Below, one piece after another: positions 49,101 through 62,815 of a stretch of DNA of 64,000 nt. Each line of letters begins with the position of its first letter. Position 1 is the first letter of the stretch. Both the position numbers and the translations under genes were made by a program. Origin of the DNA: Octopus sinensis (Eukaryota). Under the pieces are notes generated by a model. The model saw only the letters and a list, made by a program, of their open reading frames with translations. It was not told where the DNA came from and searched no databases. The stretch spans positions 18,166,001 to 18,230,000 of the forward strand of contig NC_042998.1 in NCBI RefSeq assembly GCF_006345805.1, written 5' to 3'.

Positions 49101-50614
49101 CTGGTAGACTATGTACTCTACATTCAAGGGACCCAGGCATGCAAAACCCAAATAGAAACAAATATATTACTATTTTGAATCTCCTTGAAACAGAATACGA
49201 ACATACATGTCCTTGTAGTAAAATACAACAAATGAGTATCGATATTTTCATTAAGCTTAGAAAGTTTGTTCAATAGGTTAGTTCGATTTACACGAAGTGA
49301 GTGATTCATAGATGATTAACGAAATTTTTGAAAATGGCCCAATATTAAGTATTCAACAACTAAAATTATCATAATACACATTAGAACTATTCTATAATAT
49401 ATTCATTTATATATTTGCTTTCAAATACCTATCGAATAGTATTGAATTATCTCGGCCCCTGCAGCAAGAACAATACGCCATCTCAATGTTTCTCTTTATC
49501 TTTTATCTTTATCTTTTCATCACATCGCAAAGATATTCTATCTATTCTTTCATTGACATTATTCTACTATTCTTTATAACTCAGCATGAACTGTCTTTCT
49601 TTTACAATAACACCGCATCATTTTTGTTTTTGTTTTTCCTCTTCTAATTAAAGTAATCGCTACATCGATTTTTCTTTTTCGATCCTATCAAACGAAATCC
49701 CTAAACACAGCAGCAGCACACTTCGAACACATAAAAGAAACATACATAAGCACATATATGCATAATTTCAGATTTTGGCAGCACAGATATTTATAGTTTT
49801 ACACATGTGTGAATTTACTCCATACATTACTACATAGGCAAATAAAAGAAAATATATAGGGCTCCATGTACAGTACGTGATTTTAGATTTCTTCCTGATT
49901 ACGCATCAGTATATGCATATACACGATTGTGTACTTTTGATGTTAATGTATATGACTACATGCACTCTTGCTCGTGACAGTATGGATATAGGTCAGCAGA
50001 CTACAAATACGATTTTTTTTTTCAATTTATTTGTTGCTTGATATGCATGATTTCTATCGGATTTCATTCTGAGGATTCGCCTAAAACTATAAACATAAAA
50101 GAAAATTTTTCAACGGTAATTTCGATATTAACGGGCAGAGAACGTTTAAAGAAATGCACAGATAGACGAGCAACAGATCGAAATTATATAGGTAAATAGA
50201 TTAAACGACTACTAGATACGCATAATACATACATACGAACCCAGACAATCAAGCACACGCACGCATGCACATATATACACACACACAAACATCCCTCTCA
50301 CACAAGCACACGCACATGCAGGTACACGTATACATACATGCTTACACACGCACACAAATGTGTGTGTATATATATATATATATATCGACAATTGAATATG
50401 TTTCCAGTATTTGCTTTGAAGGAAATTGTAAATACAATTCACTTATTTATTTATTTATATATTTTTCTGTCCACTTAGCTCAAACGAAATGTAGAAAACG
50501 ACATTTCGTTTTGATAGTACCAGCAATTTTTTACCGTAGCTTATACTATTATAAACAATGTAAGTTCATGTTCAATTCTCTCTTATTCCACAAACATGAG
50601 AATTAATAAATATA

Positions 50615-50815
50615 TTTCTTTACTACCCACAAGGGGCTAAACACAGAGGGGACAAACAAGGAGAGACAAAATGATTAAGTCGATTACAACGACCCCAGTG
50701 CGTAACTGGTACTTAATTTATCGACCCCGAAAGGATGAAAGGCAAAGTCGACCTCGGCGGAATTTGAATTCGGAACGTAACGGCAGACGAAATACGGCTA
50801 CGCATTTCGCCCGGC
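50615..50815 (-). mobile_element. SINE family C
   Basis: tttctttactacccacaaggggctaaacacagagggg..aaggatgaaaggcaaagtcgacctcggcgg..catttcgcccggcg. Confidence 0.88.
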
Positions 50816-51467
50816 GGAGATCTGTGCAATACGCAGTGTACAGGAATGCTTCGCCATTTTAATTTAACTTAGAACACCAAATGTTTCTTATGACATTGTT
50901 ACAGAATCTCCACAATATATAGCACGGTCTTGGTATATTTATAACACATACGTTCGTAGAATATATATAGTATAAATAGAAATTTACTTACAAACATACA
51001 CACACACACAAACACATATATGTATGTTTGTATGTACGTGCACATCTACACATATAGGTGCTATTTGTTTGTTGTTAGGTGCATCACTTGAATGTACTTT
51101 ATTTCCTGAAGTCTACACTTTTCTCAGGATGTGGTCTTTTCACTGTGTAAAGACATATTTTCCTAGGTATATTTACGTTTTCACGACGGCCCTCCACATA
51201 ATGTCATCAGCGACATTCATATTTGGGCCTTGGTTTCCATAAGCTCAAAATACTTTATTGATTTAAAGTATGTGTCCTTCTTTTCTAAAGGTATCCTGAC
51301 ACATTTCCGTGCAGTTTTCTCATTAGTTACTTGTAAAGACTATTTATAGTATGTTACCTGTTCTCCAGGCTTAAATATGTTGTCTTAAAATAAAGCCCTC
51401 GATCTCATGTCTATATTAAATGAGATATCACCCGACAGTTCAGTTGTAATCTCTTAAAATTCCGAGA

Positions 51468-51800
51468 ACCCCTTCGGTCACGACACAGACCATGGGATTG
51501 TACCTAGAAAGTTACCCTCTCAGGCACAAGTCTGGGCAAGGTTGTTTATGGAAGACCAGCAGTCGCTCATGCATACCGGCCTCCCCTCTCCACGCCACCA
51601 ATGTTAACCAAGGGTAAGGCAAAGGCCGATACAGCTTGGCACCTGTGACATTGTAACTCATTTCTACAGCTGAGTGAACTGGAGCAATGTGAAATAAAGT
51701 GTCTAGCTCAAGAACACAACATGCAGCCCGGTCTGGAATTCGAGCTCAAAACCTCACGATCGTAAGCTCGACGCTCTAACCACTGAGCCATGCACCTTCA
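51468..51800 (-). mobile_element. tRNA-derived SINE family D
   Basis: Minus-strand head tgaaggtgcatggctcagtggttagagcgtcgagc..gagctcgaattccagacc (A and B boxes); body matches 61284-61618. Confidence 0.87.
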
Positions 51801-52733
51801 CTACTCTCATAAAATTACTTTATAGTTTATTATAGTTTATTCCTATAAGGCGACTTTACGAAGTATGAAGCTTTCATTCAAAGAATTTATTACCAGTTCT
51901 AATGTATCTCGAGGACATTTCTGGTCATAAGCCAATAAAAATAATCTAACAACAAAGGATTATATAAAGGATCATCACGATCATTAAAATCGATTTAGTA
52001 ATCTTGCCATTCAAAAATTCTATCACATTTTCCAGGTAAATCAGGTGATTATTGATAAATAATTCTAACGACGTAAAAACAAACCTAGAAAGTAGAACAC
52101 AGTAAAGGATAATGCAAAGAAGTGAACCGTCTATTTAAACCAAGGGAAATTAATTGAACATTTTACATACACCTTAAATAGCATAATCCGCTTTTCACAT
52201 ATAAGAATCCTGAAAAATATTTTTGGCAATAATCCAAAACATAGAGTAAAAATTCCACAAAAATTGGACTGACAAATCACAATAGAATTTTGAAATAAAT
52301 GAGCGCGAGGCACACAACATTCAACACAATTGACAACTCTTCCTTTCACGCCTTTAAATGATTACTGTGCCATTGATAGAAGCGAAGTTTTCTTTTTCTT
52401 TTTATACATAATTTAGGATCAGGAGAATATTACAATATATAAGTGGACTGGTTCGGATAATAAAATCCATTAATTCTTGTCAAGACAACCATTATTTATT
52501 GACAAAACCCTCGACAATTTAAGTTTTATGCATAATTTGGTATATATTTTGGCGTTTGTAACCTTTTTGGCATATTTATCTCCCTGGGGTTACTGACGAA
52601 TGTAGAAAAACGAATAAATAGTGTACTTGTCAATCAAGTTAAAATGTCTATAAATATGCTAAACGATATAGTAAATATAGTGAGCTGTGCAAAAACAAAA
52701 TTCTCTCTCTCACTACATATATATATATATATA

Positions 52734-53126
52734 CTAGCAGTATCGCTCGGCGCTGCTCGGGTTTGTAAGGGAAATAACTATATAAGCATTTCTAGAGTTT
52801 TATAGCCAAAAATAGCTAAAAAATGCATTAAAAATAGAAACAAAATGATGGTAAATGTTTTTAAAAATCGTTGACTCATCGTAGACATTTTTAGAGAGTT
52901 ACTTCCCTTATATAATATCGAAAAAATGCATTAAAATGGAAAAAATGATGGTAATTTTGTTTTTAAATCGTAGACTCATCGTAGACGCACGCTAATACCC
53001 AGAAGGGCTCGATATGAATCACGACTATAAGATACCCGGTTTTCGTTAAACTGCACCGCAAAATGTGGGGGTAGTTAGGAATCTAAATCGTAGGAGACAG
53101 ACACATAACTTGACTTTTATATATAA

Positions 53127-53129
<3 letters not shown>
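52734..53129 (-). mobile_element. Non-autonomous Helitron in (TA)n
   Basis: Minus strand A|TCTTTATATATAAAAG start, hairpin and CTAG|T end; homologous to 35150-35541. Confidence 0.86.
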
Positions 53130-53183
<54 letters not shown>

Positions 53184-54959
53184 TGCAATAATAATGTGCG
53201 CATGGAAATTTATAGGCATTATTAATGCATCAGAGCATATGTTCTGCACACTACACGTTCATTAGGTAACAATGTGGGGATATATAAAATAGAAATATTT
53301 GGTACAAATTTAAATTGAGTTATCTCAGGAAATATGAATTATATTTTTTATTCTTTTATTCTTTTATTTGTTTCAGTTATTTACTGCGGCCATGTTGGAG
53401 CTCCGCCTTCGGCTGAACAGATCAACTCCAGGACTGTGTGATGGCATGCACGCTTGAGCGTTTTTTAGAATGTTTAAATATACAACAACCACAAAATCAA
53501 GCAGGTAGCCTTTTGATTTAAATACTCAAGTTAATACAGTTAGCCAACGTGCTAACTATTCTGTTGGGATATTTAAGCTTTGAATGTCTAATATCACATA
53601 TGTGTGTGTTGTGTGTGTGCATGCCCGTGTGTGTGATAAATTACGATATTATTTATATAATTCATTTCTACGTACATCTCACCATGTGTTATTTGAAAAT
53701 CTAGAATGTATTTCCTTAGCATGTTTGGATGCTTAACTGGATCATCAGGTTAACATTTATTGCATTATTTGACAGAGAACCAATGTATAAGTTGGATAGA
53801 TGGTGAGGTTTTTTTATAAATGTTTTGAGAGGAAAGTAGAAAGAGAGCAAACTTCCGGGGGAGTTAAAGCGGAACACGAAGCAAAAGAAAAGGAGAAAGT
53901 AGAGGACAAAGAGGGAGAGGGAGATAGATAGAGAGAGAGATGGTGTGAGAGAGAGAGAGGGAGAGAGAGGAAAAAGAGTAAAGAAGAGAGTAAAAATGCA
54001 AGATTGAAATTAAAGAAAGAAAAGATGGAAAGAAAGACGAAATATTTTAAAATATTCATTAAGTAAATTAAAAGTAAGTTAATCCTATGCCTCAGTCATA
54101 AATAAAAAGAACATGCATTTTGGCTTTGAAAAGAACTGAATGACACTTAATTCTTCTCTTTCTGTTGCATATTAGACGACCAAATCAAGGATCGATTAAA
54201 TATGTATATTGCAATGCTGATCACTTTGGTTGTGTCAGTTTATTTGAAACGCCTGAGTTAAATCGCTGTCAATGCGCCTCCGTTCTTTATGCTATATTTA
54301 CATGAAGCACAAAATGTACAGCAGAAAGGGGCATAAAGATGGGAAAGATTTTTAAATATCTCCTTTCGAAACAATAGCTAGAAATGGAAAATAGATTTAC
54401 AAGAATGTAGTGTCACGAGTTGGTCATAGGCTTAAACCTAGTTGTTGTTACCTACTTCATAAATGAACAAATATAAAACATACATGGTCATAGGTCAATT
54501 TATATATTTTGGAGGAACTAAATACAAAGACATATATTTTGATGCTGAAAAATATAGATTTAAAGCACAGAGAATGAATTGTTTGCAGTCATCAGTTGAT
54601 AAAACGAACTGGTTTTCTTTAGAAAGATCCAGTGTCTGAATATCAGTAGAAATATGAAATGCATATTTTTAGAAACGCTTATGTTTATTTATATGAAGGC
54701 CTTTGTGAACCATATGCGAAAAAATAGCTGCTTCAAGCACTGATACTTAGCAATATGCATACAAGGAGTTTGCAACTCATTTGTTTTGTAAATTATCCTG
54801 CTTTGAACCAAAACTCAAAGTTTTTCGCTTAGACGAAGGTCACACCGCATATTTGATCTATGGTTAGCCATTCTGCTCGAAAGAATTTCGAGTGTAATAT
54901 CAGAGATTAAAGATCTATGAAACTGTGTAGCAGAGAGATAGAAACAGAATGCCTACAAA

Positions 54960-55325
54960 GATTATGCAACTGTAAAATTCCTGAGAAAAATCCACTAGAC
55001 GGTAACTTTCTGGTAACGTCGATAGTATATATTGTCATGGTTGAGTCAAACAGCAATGATGAATCTAAAACATATAACGGAACAACGGAAATCACTTTTA
55101 AAAAAATAAACGTTATTACAAACACAAAAGCCTATTTACCAGCTCCTATAGAAAATGTGCTACGGATTCATCGAAGTTTATACGGTTCTTATGTGAGACA
55201 AGTCTTCATCAAATCAAAATTACCTGGGATATTATAGATATTATAGATAGTGCACTACGATTCAGGAACGGGAATCTGAAAAAAGAACTGAACTATTAAC
55301 ACCTTGTATGCACATGGAGAAGTAT
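54960..55325 (+). pseudogene. Degenerate PLE linker + GIY-YIG endonuclease fragment
   Basis: CNCKIPEKNPLDGNFLVTSIVY..KTYNGTTEITFKK and a downstream KRTELLTPCMH; same domain order as the 15831-18670 ORF. Confidence 0.75.
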
Positions 55326-55934
55326 CTTTTATGTAAATACAAGCCTCCTTAAACTTCATTTTGGTTAAGAAAAAATGTTGGTTTCGAAAAGGTTTATTGA
55401 TATTTGGTTAAATGAATGCATCTGTTCTGGTTCATGCAAAACCTATAACTGCATAAACACAATGAAAAGCATTAATTTAAAATGTCAAGTATTATTTTGG
55501 AACATCGCTTAAATAGCAAATCAATTTCATGACTTCACTTTTAATGACGTATATGACGTTGATAGCAGTATTATCGATAAAGAAATTCAAAACTATGAAA
55601 TTGAAAGACAAAAAAATATAAAGATAAGCATTTTTTCAAACTTTCATTATATATTCTAAAGAAATATTCAGACAGTGGATATTTCAAAGGTAAACTAGGC
55701 CTCGTTTATAGCTGATGTTTGGAGACAAGTAACACTGAACCCTGAAACTCGGAGCTTTGCAGTTGCAATGCATTAAGGAATACTGTACATGTTTAGACTC
55801 CCATCAATTACCGCATTTTTTGAATTAACAAAAAAAAATATTTTGCTGATAAATACATAGATACATACATAAGTGCATGTATGTGTATAGAATTACACAC
55901 ACACATATATATATATACGGTGATATATATATAT

Positions 55935-56010
<76 letters not shown>

Positions 56011-56039
56011 AAAAAGGAGATGTGGAACACGAGTTGTGA

Positions 56040-56281
56040 TATATAAAAAAGGAAATGAAGAAAATGCTGACAAAATAATTTAAGTAATTTAATTAGGTGA
56101 AAGTTATTTTTACCGGTTGCGCATTTGTTATGCTTAGTTCCTTTCTGATAGATAAGAGGAAAAAATCTATCAGAAAGGAACTCTAATCTTTTGATAAGCA
56201 TAACAAAAATGCACAACCGGTAAAAAGAACTTTCACCTAATTAAATTACTTAAATTATTTTGTCAGCATTTTCTTCATTTC

Positions 56282-56290
<9 letters not shown>
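56040..56290. mobile_element. Fold-back MITE-like element in (TA)n
   Basis: About 90-bp outer arms (aaaggaaatgaagaaaatgctgac.. / ..gtcagcattttcttcatttccttt) and an inner 18-bp hairpin agttcctttctgatagat/atctatcagaaaggaact. Confidence 0.75.
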
Positions 56291-56320
<30 letters not shown>

Positions 56321-56349
56321 CGTGATCCCCGTGACTGACCAGGCCAACA

Positions 56350-56537
56350 GAAGAAAGAGTGAGAGAAAGTTGTGCCGAAAGACTACAGCAGGGACCTCTA
56401 CCACCCCCTGCCAGAGCCTCGTGGAGCTTTAGGTGTTTTCGCTCAATAAACACTCACAGCGCTCGGTCTGGGAATCGAAACCGCGATCCTACGACCGCGA
56501 GTCCGCTACCCTAAACACTAGGCCATTGCGCCTCCAC
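56350..56537 (-). mobile_element. SINE family A, 5' half
   Basis: Ends in ggccattgcgcctccac; the rest matches 23740-23927. Confidence 0.85.
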
Positions 56538-56542
56538 ACACA

Positions 56543-56628
<86 letters not shown>

Positions 56629-58274
56629 AAGAAGCATAGAGAGAGGGACAGAGAGAGATACACATATAAGCATTATGCATATGTACCTATACATATCAAC
56701 ATGTACATATACAGACACATATACACATATACACTCATTCACACACGTATACATATATGTATTTATATGCAATATTTAGATTGACATACATGCATATATA
56801 TGTATGTATATAAACATGAAAATACACATTCATGCAGATACATATGGTCATATACAGACGAATACTCGCGTAAGAACAAACTATATAAATTTGCATTTAT
56901 CGGAATTTCTTCTGCATTTACTCTGTATTGCACAAGCATTAATATTACTAAGTATAGTACTAGGAAAACGACCAGACTGGAAGCAGACGAGATTATGCTA
57001 ATCTCCTTTGTGCTCTAATCTGAACAGTTGCAGTCAAACAGAAGAGCTAGATGTACACTCCGAACATACTATGTATATACATACATATGCATGTGCATAT
57101 ATACATATATGTGTGTGTGTGTGCGTGTGTGTATGTGTGTGTGTGTGTGTGTGTGTGTATACGCACATACATATTCTGTATTTGTGGGTTAACAAGGCTA
57201 CCAGTAGTTTCATGCAAACAGATATCCCTTACGTGAAACTCTTGGTAGCCTTTTTAACTCACAAAGACACAATATTCATCCATGGAGGTGTTGAGCACTC
57301 ATTCTAACTGTCTGGTATCACCCTCTTATACATTTAGACACCTAAAAAAGGAACATGTAGTGATGTTTCATATCACAGACATTCTTTTGGCGCCGTAACC
57401 CATTCAAGTACAGTGTGATTGTTTGCAGAGATATATCCCAGTGTAGGTGGTTTCTCTAGAATTCGTTGGAGATATTCGACGTAGAACAGTTTGGTTGTCA
57501 TGAGATCTTTTTCATGCTACGGTGTATCTAGTTACGTTGTTAACGAAAACGGAGCCAGTTAAGGTGAAATAGTTGTCTGGTGATGTGATGGGACACGACC
57601 ATAACCTTTGTAGAGGACGTATGTCCACAAGACTCAAGCTTTTATTGAATTTTAAATTTGAGGGAAGCATAACTTAGGTAATGTTGTTGGAATATCTTCT
57701 ATATTATACACAGTGACATTGGAGAGAATGAAGCTTGAACTTTTCGAGCCGACCCCTCTAATCGAGATCTTTCATGTCGTCCATTCGTTTCGAGATCGAC
57801 ATATGGAATGCTTCAATTTTTATATTTTATTTTGTGTAGGGAACCCGCAGCCTGCAAGAATATTGAAGGTGAGGGCGAGCGAAGTAAAGGATAACGGTAG
57901 GGGCGTCTCTAGATCGGAAATCCTGACGAAGCAGGAGCACGTCCTGCGGACCATGCCAACTTTGCTGCATCTGTGGGCACTACAGCTTAAATAGCTGTAG
58001 ACAGTTACTCTAAGGCTCCTAGCGATGTTTAATGCCACGGGGTTTTGTTCTGTGTGAAGAGAGCATGGTAGCTCAAATGTAGCTTCTTTACCGATGTCGC
58101 TGAATTCAAATTTATTCTTGTTGTTTAGCTGCATATTGCGCTTTCCCATTCATCGGATAACAGCAAGCAGATCCAATTGGCGATTAGTTTTATCAGGCCT
58201 TATGGACAAACTTCAGCAGCTTAGATTCACCACAGAAAATTATACTGCTGCTGTGTTTGAAGATGTTATTATAT

Positions 58275-58682
58275 AGGCAAAGGAGTGGCTGTGTAGTAAG
58301 TAGCTTGCTTACGAACCACATGGTCATGGGTTCATCCCATTGCGTGGAATCTTGGGCAAGTGTCTTCTACCATAGCCTCGAGCCGACCAAAGCTTTGTGA
58401 GTGTATGTGGTAGACAGAAACTGGAAGAAGCCCGTCGTATATGTATATGTGTGTGTGTATATCCTTGTGTGTCTGTGTTTGTCCCTCCAACATCACTTGA
58501 CAACCGATGCTGGTGTGTTTATGTCCCCGAAACATAGCGGCTCGGCAAAAGAGCCCGATAGAATAAGTACTTGGCTTACAAAGAATATGTCGTGGGGTCG
58601 ATTTGCTCGGCTAAATGCGGTGCTCCAGCATGGTCGCAGTCAAATGACTGAAACAAGTAAAAGAATAAAAGAATAAAAGAAA
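58275..58682 (+). mobile_element. SINE family B
   Basis: aggagtggctgtgtagtaagtagcttgcttacg head, internal microsatellite, ggtgctccagcatggtcgcagtcaaatgactgaaacaag tail. Confidence 0.87.
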
Positions 58683-58689
58683 TACTGAA

Positions 58690-59125
58690 AAGTTGCAAAT
58701 ACTGCATTGTGGGATGTCACTGATGACACTTCCTGTGCTTTATCAAATATCAACGATAACTACATGCAGCGTACAACACATCAGAAGATATTAGGTTCAC
58801 TCGGACTCCAATGTTCGATAGTTTCATTGACAGGGTATAGTGATAAACCTCGTCGAAGGCCATGCTGAAGATAAGATATATGTCATCTTCATCTTCATCA
58901 AAGGATATCTTCAAAGAGACGAAGGAGCTGTTATAGGCAGATCCTGCCATTGTGAAAACTGTGTTGGGAAGAGGTAGGCAGTAACTTTCCAGAAAGTGAG
59001 TTAATCGAGATTTCAATACTCTCAAATAATTTGAATATATGAGAAGTGAGGTCACTCGGCAATTCAATGCCAGCGATTTGTCTTCCATTTTGAAAACTGG
59101 GATGGTAAATAGTTTCAGATTCATA
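58690..59125 (-). pseudogene. Degenerate CR1/Jockey-group LINE RT fragment
   Basis: PVFKMEDKSLALNCRVTSL..RLTHFLESYCL..DEDEDDIYLIFSMAFDEVYH..KLSNIGV corresponds to PVFKKGDK..NYRPISL..YLDFSKAFD.V.H..KL..G. Confidence 0.78.
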
Positions 59126-59433
59126 TTTGTTTGTTTTCGATAGCCCTGGGTCAGTGGAGGCTGGACGGTGAGAAGGAAGGTGTGGTTTAAGGTTGAAGAA
59201 TTAGTAGTAATAAAGATAGTTGAGTCTGGTAGTGCCGACGTTGAAGCAGTGGTGGTGGAAGAGAGAAGACGAAAACGTTGCTGAGATTGCTTATTGTGAC
59301 AGAAAGAATGGAGCGTTTGGGTTTGTTCTTTGAGGGTAGTCGTAGCAGGTGGAGGAGGAGGAGGGGGAGGTGAAGGAAGAAAAGAATAACAATAAGTAGT
59401 AGCTAGCAGTAGTCGTCTTTGTCATCGTCGTCG

Positions 59434-59512
<79 letters not shown>

Positions 59513-59517
59513 ATTAT

Positions 59518-59850
59518 TACTGAGTAAGAGAGCAGTGCATGCCATCAATGTGACACTGGGGTAAAATATACGAAGCCCAGTATACCCATCATGACTACCC
59601 GGCTGATAAGGGTACACCAGGCACATGCGTCACAACCATACGTGCGCGATATGGTGATCTCATGTCAAGATAAACAGCGCATGACATTGCAGGTGGGGCC
59701 CAGATAGAATTTTCTTCTGGTCGAGTATCCCATCCAGCTCAAAAGGTCCCTGAATAAGGGTTGTTTAAGGATGTTGAACGAAACACCCATGTTTCCAGAG
59801 GTGAATTATTCAAACCTCCAAGAATCCCTCTCAACACATGGCTATGAAGT
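59518..59850 (-). mobile_element. Probable LINE 3' end with (TAA)n tail, inserted in (ATT)n
   Basis: Non-repetitive 330 bp flanked on both sides by long (ATT)n tracts (59435-59517, 59850-59970), the same pattern as 12940-13212. Confidence 0.55.
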
Positions 59851-59863
59851 ATTATTATTATTA

Positions 59864-59906
<43 letters not shown>

Positions 59907-59909
59907 TTT

Positions 59910-59947
<38 letters not shown>

Positions 59948-60668
59948 TATTATTATTATTATTATTAATAGTAGTAGTAGCATTTGTTGTTATTTTTGTT
60001 ATTGCATTGGTAATGATGTCGATGAAGAGTGTGAAAAGTATATTGTAATATGACTGACTGAGAGGCTCCTGTAGCGCTGTTCGTCTTTGTGACTGCTTTT
60101 TTTGTCGCTGGAGTTGTCTTTGGTGCAGATGTGGCCGTTGTTGTAGTGCTTGCCATTGTGGCTCATCGTGGTAGGCGGAAAGAATTTAATTACGGTACGA
60201 TACGAAGCTCCTAATTTGCTTCAGTTTGTTCTGAACTTCTGTCTCTTGGCTGTTATTTAAGAAATAAACACAGCTGTTTTCAGTCCGACAAACAAAGTAT
60301 CATGTATTAATGAGTATGTCGATTTCACTATCAGACCAGTTGCGATTGTTACAGACAATGTTGTGTTGGCATTTTAGCTTTTCATTGCTTTTCTGCTGTT
60401 GATATTGTTGCTGTTGAATACAGATGATACTTTTTCAGTGGTTTATCTTTTCTTAGTACGAATTATAATAATTCTTTGTCTATAGACGAAACTGTTTTTC
60501 TACTTAGACTTTAACCATATCAATACTAATTTACAGTCACATTCTTATTTTGAATGTGACACTCAGTAGATTGTGTTTTATTCTATTGTAATTCTTCCTG
60601 CAATATTAGCATTATAACTATGTTACTTTTTTCATTTAGGCACTTCTACGAAACATTAATAATTATAT

Positions 60669-60891
60669 AGGTGTAGGCACGGCTGTATGGTAAGAAGCTT
60701 GTATCCCAGCTACATTATTCCGGGTTCAGTCCCACGGCGCGGCACTTTGGGCAAGTGAAACCTACAGTAGAATCAGGCTTACAAAAGCCTCCCTTGTGAG
60801 TGGATTTGGTAGACGGAAACTGAAGGAAGCCCGTCGGGTGTGTACATATATATATGTATGTATATATATGCGTACATGCATACACACACAT

Positions 60892-60963
<72 letters not shown>

Positions 60964-61150
60964 GTGTGTGTTTGTACCCACATCACCGTTTGAGAACCTG
61001 TGTTGGTGGCCCCGTGAGTTAGCCGTCCGTCTTGACAGATCGATAGAATAATTATCAGGCTGTATTGGTTTCGATATAATCGACTAAGAGTTCTTGAAGG
61101 CGGTCGTCTAGCATAACCGCAGTCTAATGACTAAAATAAGTAAAAGATAA
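60669..61150 (+). mobile_element. SINE family B, diverged
   Basis: ggctgtatggtaagaagcttg..cgggttcagtcccac..gtgagtggatttggtagacggaaactgaaggaagcccgtc, then microsatellite and tail. Confidence 0.78.
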
Positions 61151-61156
61151 AAGATT

Positions 61157-61252
61157 CCCACTGCGTGGCACCTTAGGAATTTGTCTTATAACCTCGGTCC
61201 GTCCAAAGCCTTGTGAGTGGATTTTGCAGACAAAAACAGAAAGAAGCCCGTC

Positions 61253-61286
<34 letters not shown>

Positions 61287-61950
61287 ACCCCCTTCGGTCA
61301 GGCACTGACCATGGGTTTGCACCTAGAGAGATACCCTCTGAGGCACAAGTCTGGGCAAGGTTGTTTTATGGAAGACCAGCAGTCGCCCATGCATACCGGC
61401 CTCCCCTCTCCACGTCACCGATGTTGTCCAAGGGAAAGGCAAGGGCCGATACAGCTTGGCACCTGTGACGTCGCAACTCATTTCTACAGCTGAGTGAACT
61501 GGAGCAACGTGAAATAAAGTGCCTTGCTCAAGAACACAACACGCAGCCCCGTCCGGGATTCGAGCTCACAACCTCACGATCGTAAGCTCGACGCTCTAAC
61601 CACTGAGCCATGCGCATATATATTATATATATATATATATATTATATATATATATATATATCTATATATATATATGTATGTATGTATGTATATATGCGTA
61701 TGTGTGTGTGTGTATACATGTATGCAGGTGTTTGTGTTTGTGTGTCTGTGTTTTTCCAACCGCTATCGCTTGACAGCCGACATTGGTGTGTTTACGTCCG
61801 CGTAGGTTAACGATTCGGTAAAATACACCGATAAATAAACACTAGGCCTATAAAAAATAAACCCTGGGATCCAATTGTTTGACTGAAGGCGATGCGTCAG
61901 CATGGCCGAAATCCAGTAACAGAAACAAATAAAAGAATAAAAGAATAAAG
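61157..61950 (+). mobile_element. SINE family B interrupted by SINE D
   Basis: 5' part 61157-61260 and 3' part 61720-61950; SINE D sits in the internal (TA)n. Confidence 0.78.
61284..61618 (-). mobile_element. tRNA-derived SINE family D
   Basis: Homologous to 51468-51800. Confidence 0.87.
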
Positions 61951-62248
61951 GGATAGGAAAAAAAGAATATAAGAATAAAATAATAAAGGACTATAGAAGA
62001 CAAACACCTATACGATACAGATTTTCCTTAATATCAAGTGTGAAGCACAATCACTCCCATTTCCTAAAGTACCTATTGTAATTAATATTTTTGATTATCT
62101 TATTATCAATATTATTCAATTTTCCCCCTAATATATTAATTTATTGTTTTTTCTTAACACCCATAACACTGTTCCTTATTTGTTTTACTTATTTTATATA
62201 ATTTCTATTTTTCATTTTTGCCTTTCTCTACATACACCCACGCATATA

Positions 62249-62478
62249 CAGGGTGCGGCAGAAAGGTTGTCTCTATATCAATGTTTGATAAAAAAAAAAC
62301 ATATGAAGATACAAGAAAAAAACGATTCTCTTCACTGCAAGCCATAATGGATACTACATGAAAGCGATAAAAATGGAATTTAATGAACTTCGTAGAAATT
62401 CAAAGATTTTTCATGCATCTTCCCCTGTCAGTTTTTAATCAACCATTGAAATCATGGCATTCTTTCTGCCGCATCCTG
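62249..62478. mobile_element. Tc1/mariner-type MITE
   Basis: 17-bp TIR CAGGGTGCGGCAGAAAG / CTTTCTGCCGCATCCTG (1 mismatch); TA duplication at 62247-62248 and 62479-62480. Confidence 0.85.
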
Positions 62479-62616
62479 TATTAGAATTCAGTGTTTTGAT
62501 GCCATTAATATTTTTAATTCCATATTTTTAAGTCAGTTACTTACTTTTAGAATTCAACTTAAATTATTTTGATTATGTCATCTGATTTTAGTTTTTACGT
62601 GAAAAATTGTTCAAAT

Positions 62617-62815
62617 CTGGGGAGAGTCATTTTCGTTTCGTGCCTTATAATGTAACACACTCACCGGTAAAATTTCCACTTATTTCTTATTTTTATTTTC
62701 CTAAAATTTTCGTTGCAGCGAAAATTTTAGGAAAATAAAAATAAGAAATAAGTGGAAATTTTACCGGTGAGTGTGTTACATTATAAAGCACAAAAAGAAA
62801 ATGTCTCTCCCAGAC
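62617..62815. repeat. About 200-bp near-perfect palindrome
   Basis: Arms of about 97 bp (..tgccttataatgtaacacactcaccggtaaaatttccac..ctaaaattttcg / cgaaaattttag..gtgagtgtgttacattataaagca..) with essentially no spacer. Confidence 0.88.

Noticed and set aside
56140-56190. CTGATAGA...GAAA resembling a hammerhead core
   Set aside because: CTGATAGAT is itself fully paired with ATCTATCAG in the MITE hairpin; no stem I/III or NUH site is in register.
57713-58149. GC-richer stretch with ORFs on both strands and a possible 29-nt micro-exon (57840-57868)
   Set aside because: No recognisable domain and stops in the alternative frames; probably an old TE relic that I cannot assign without a search.
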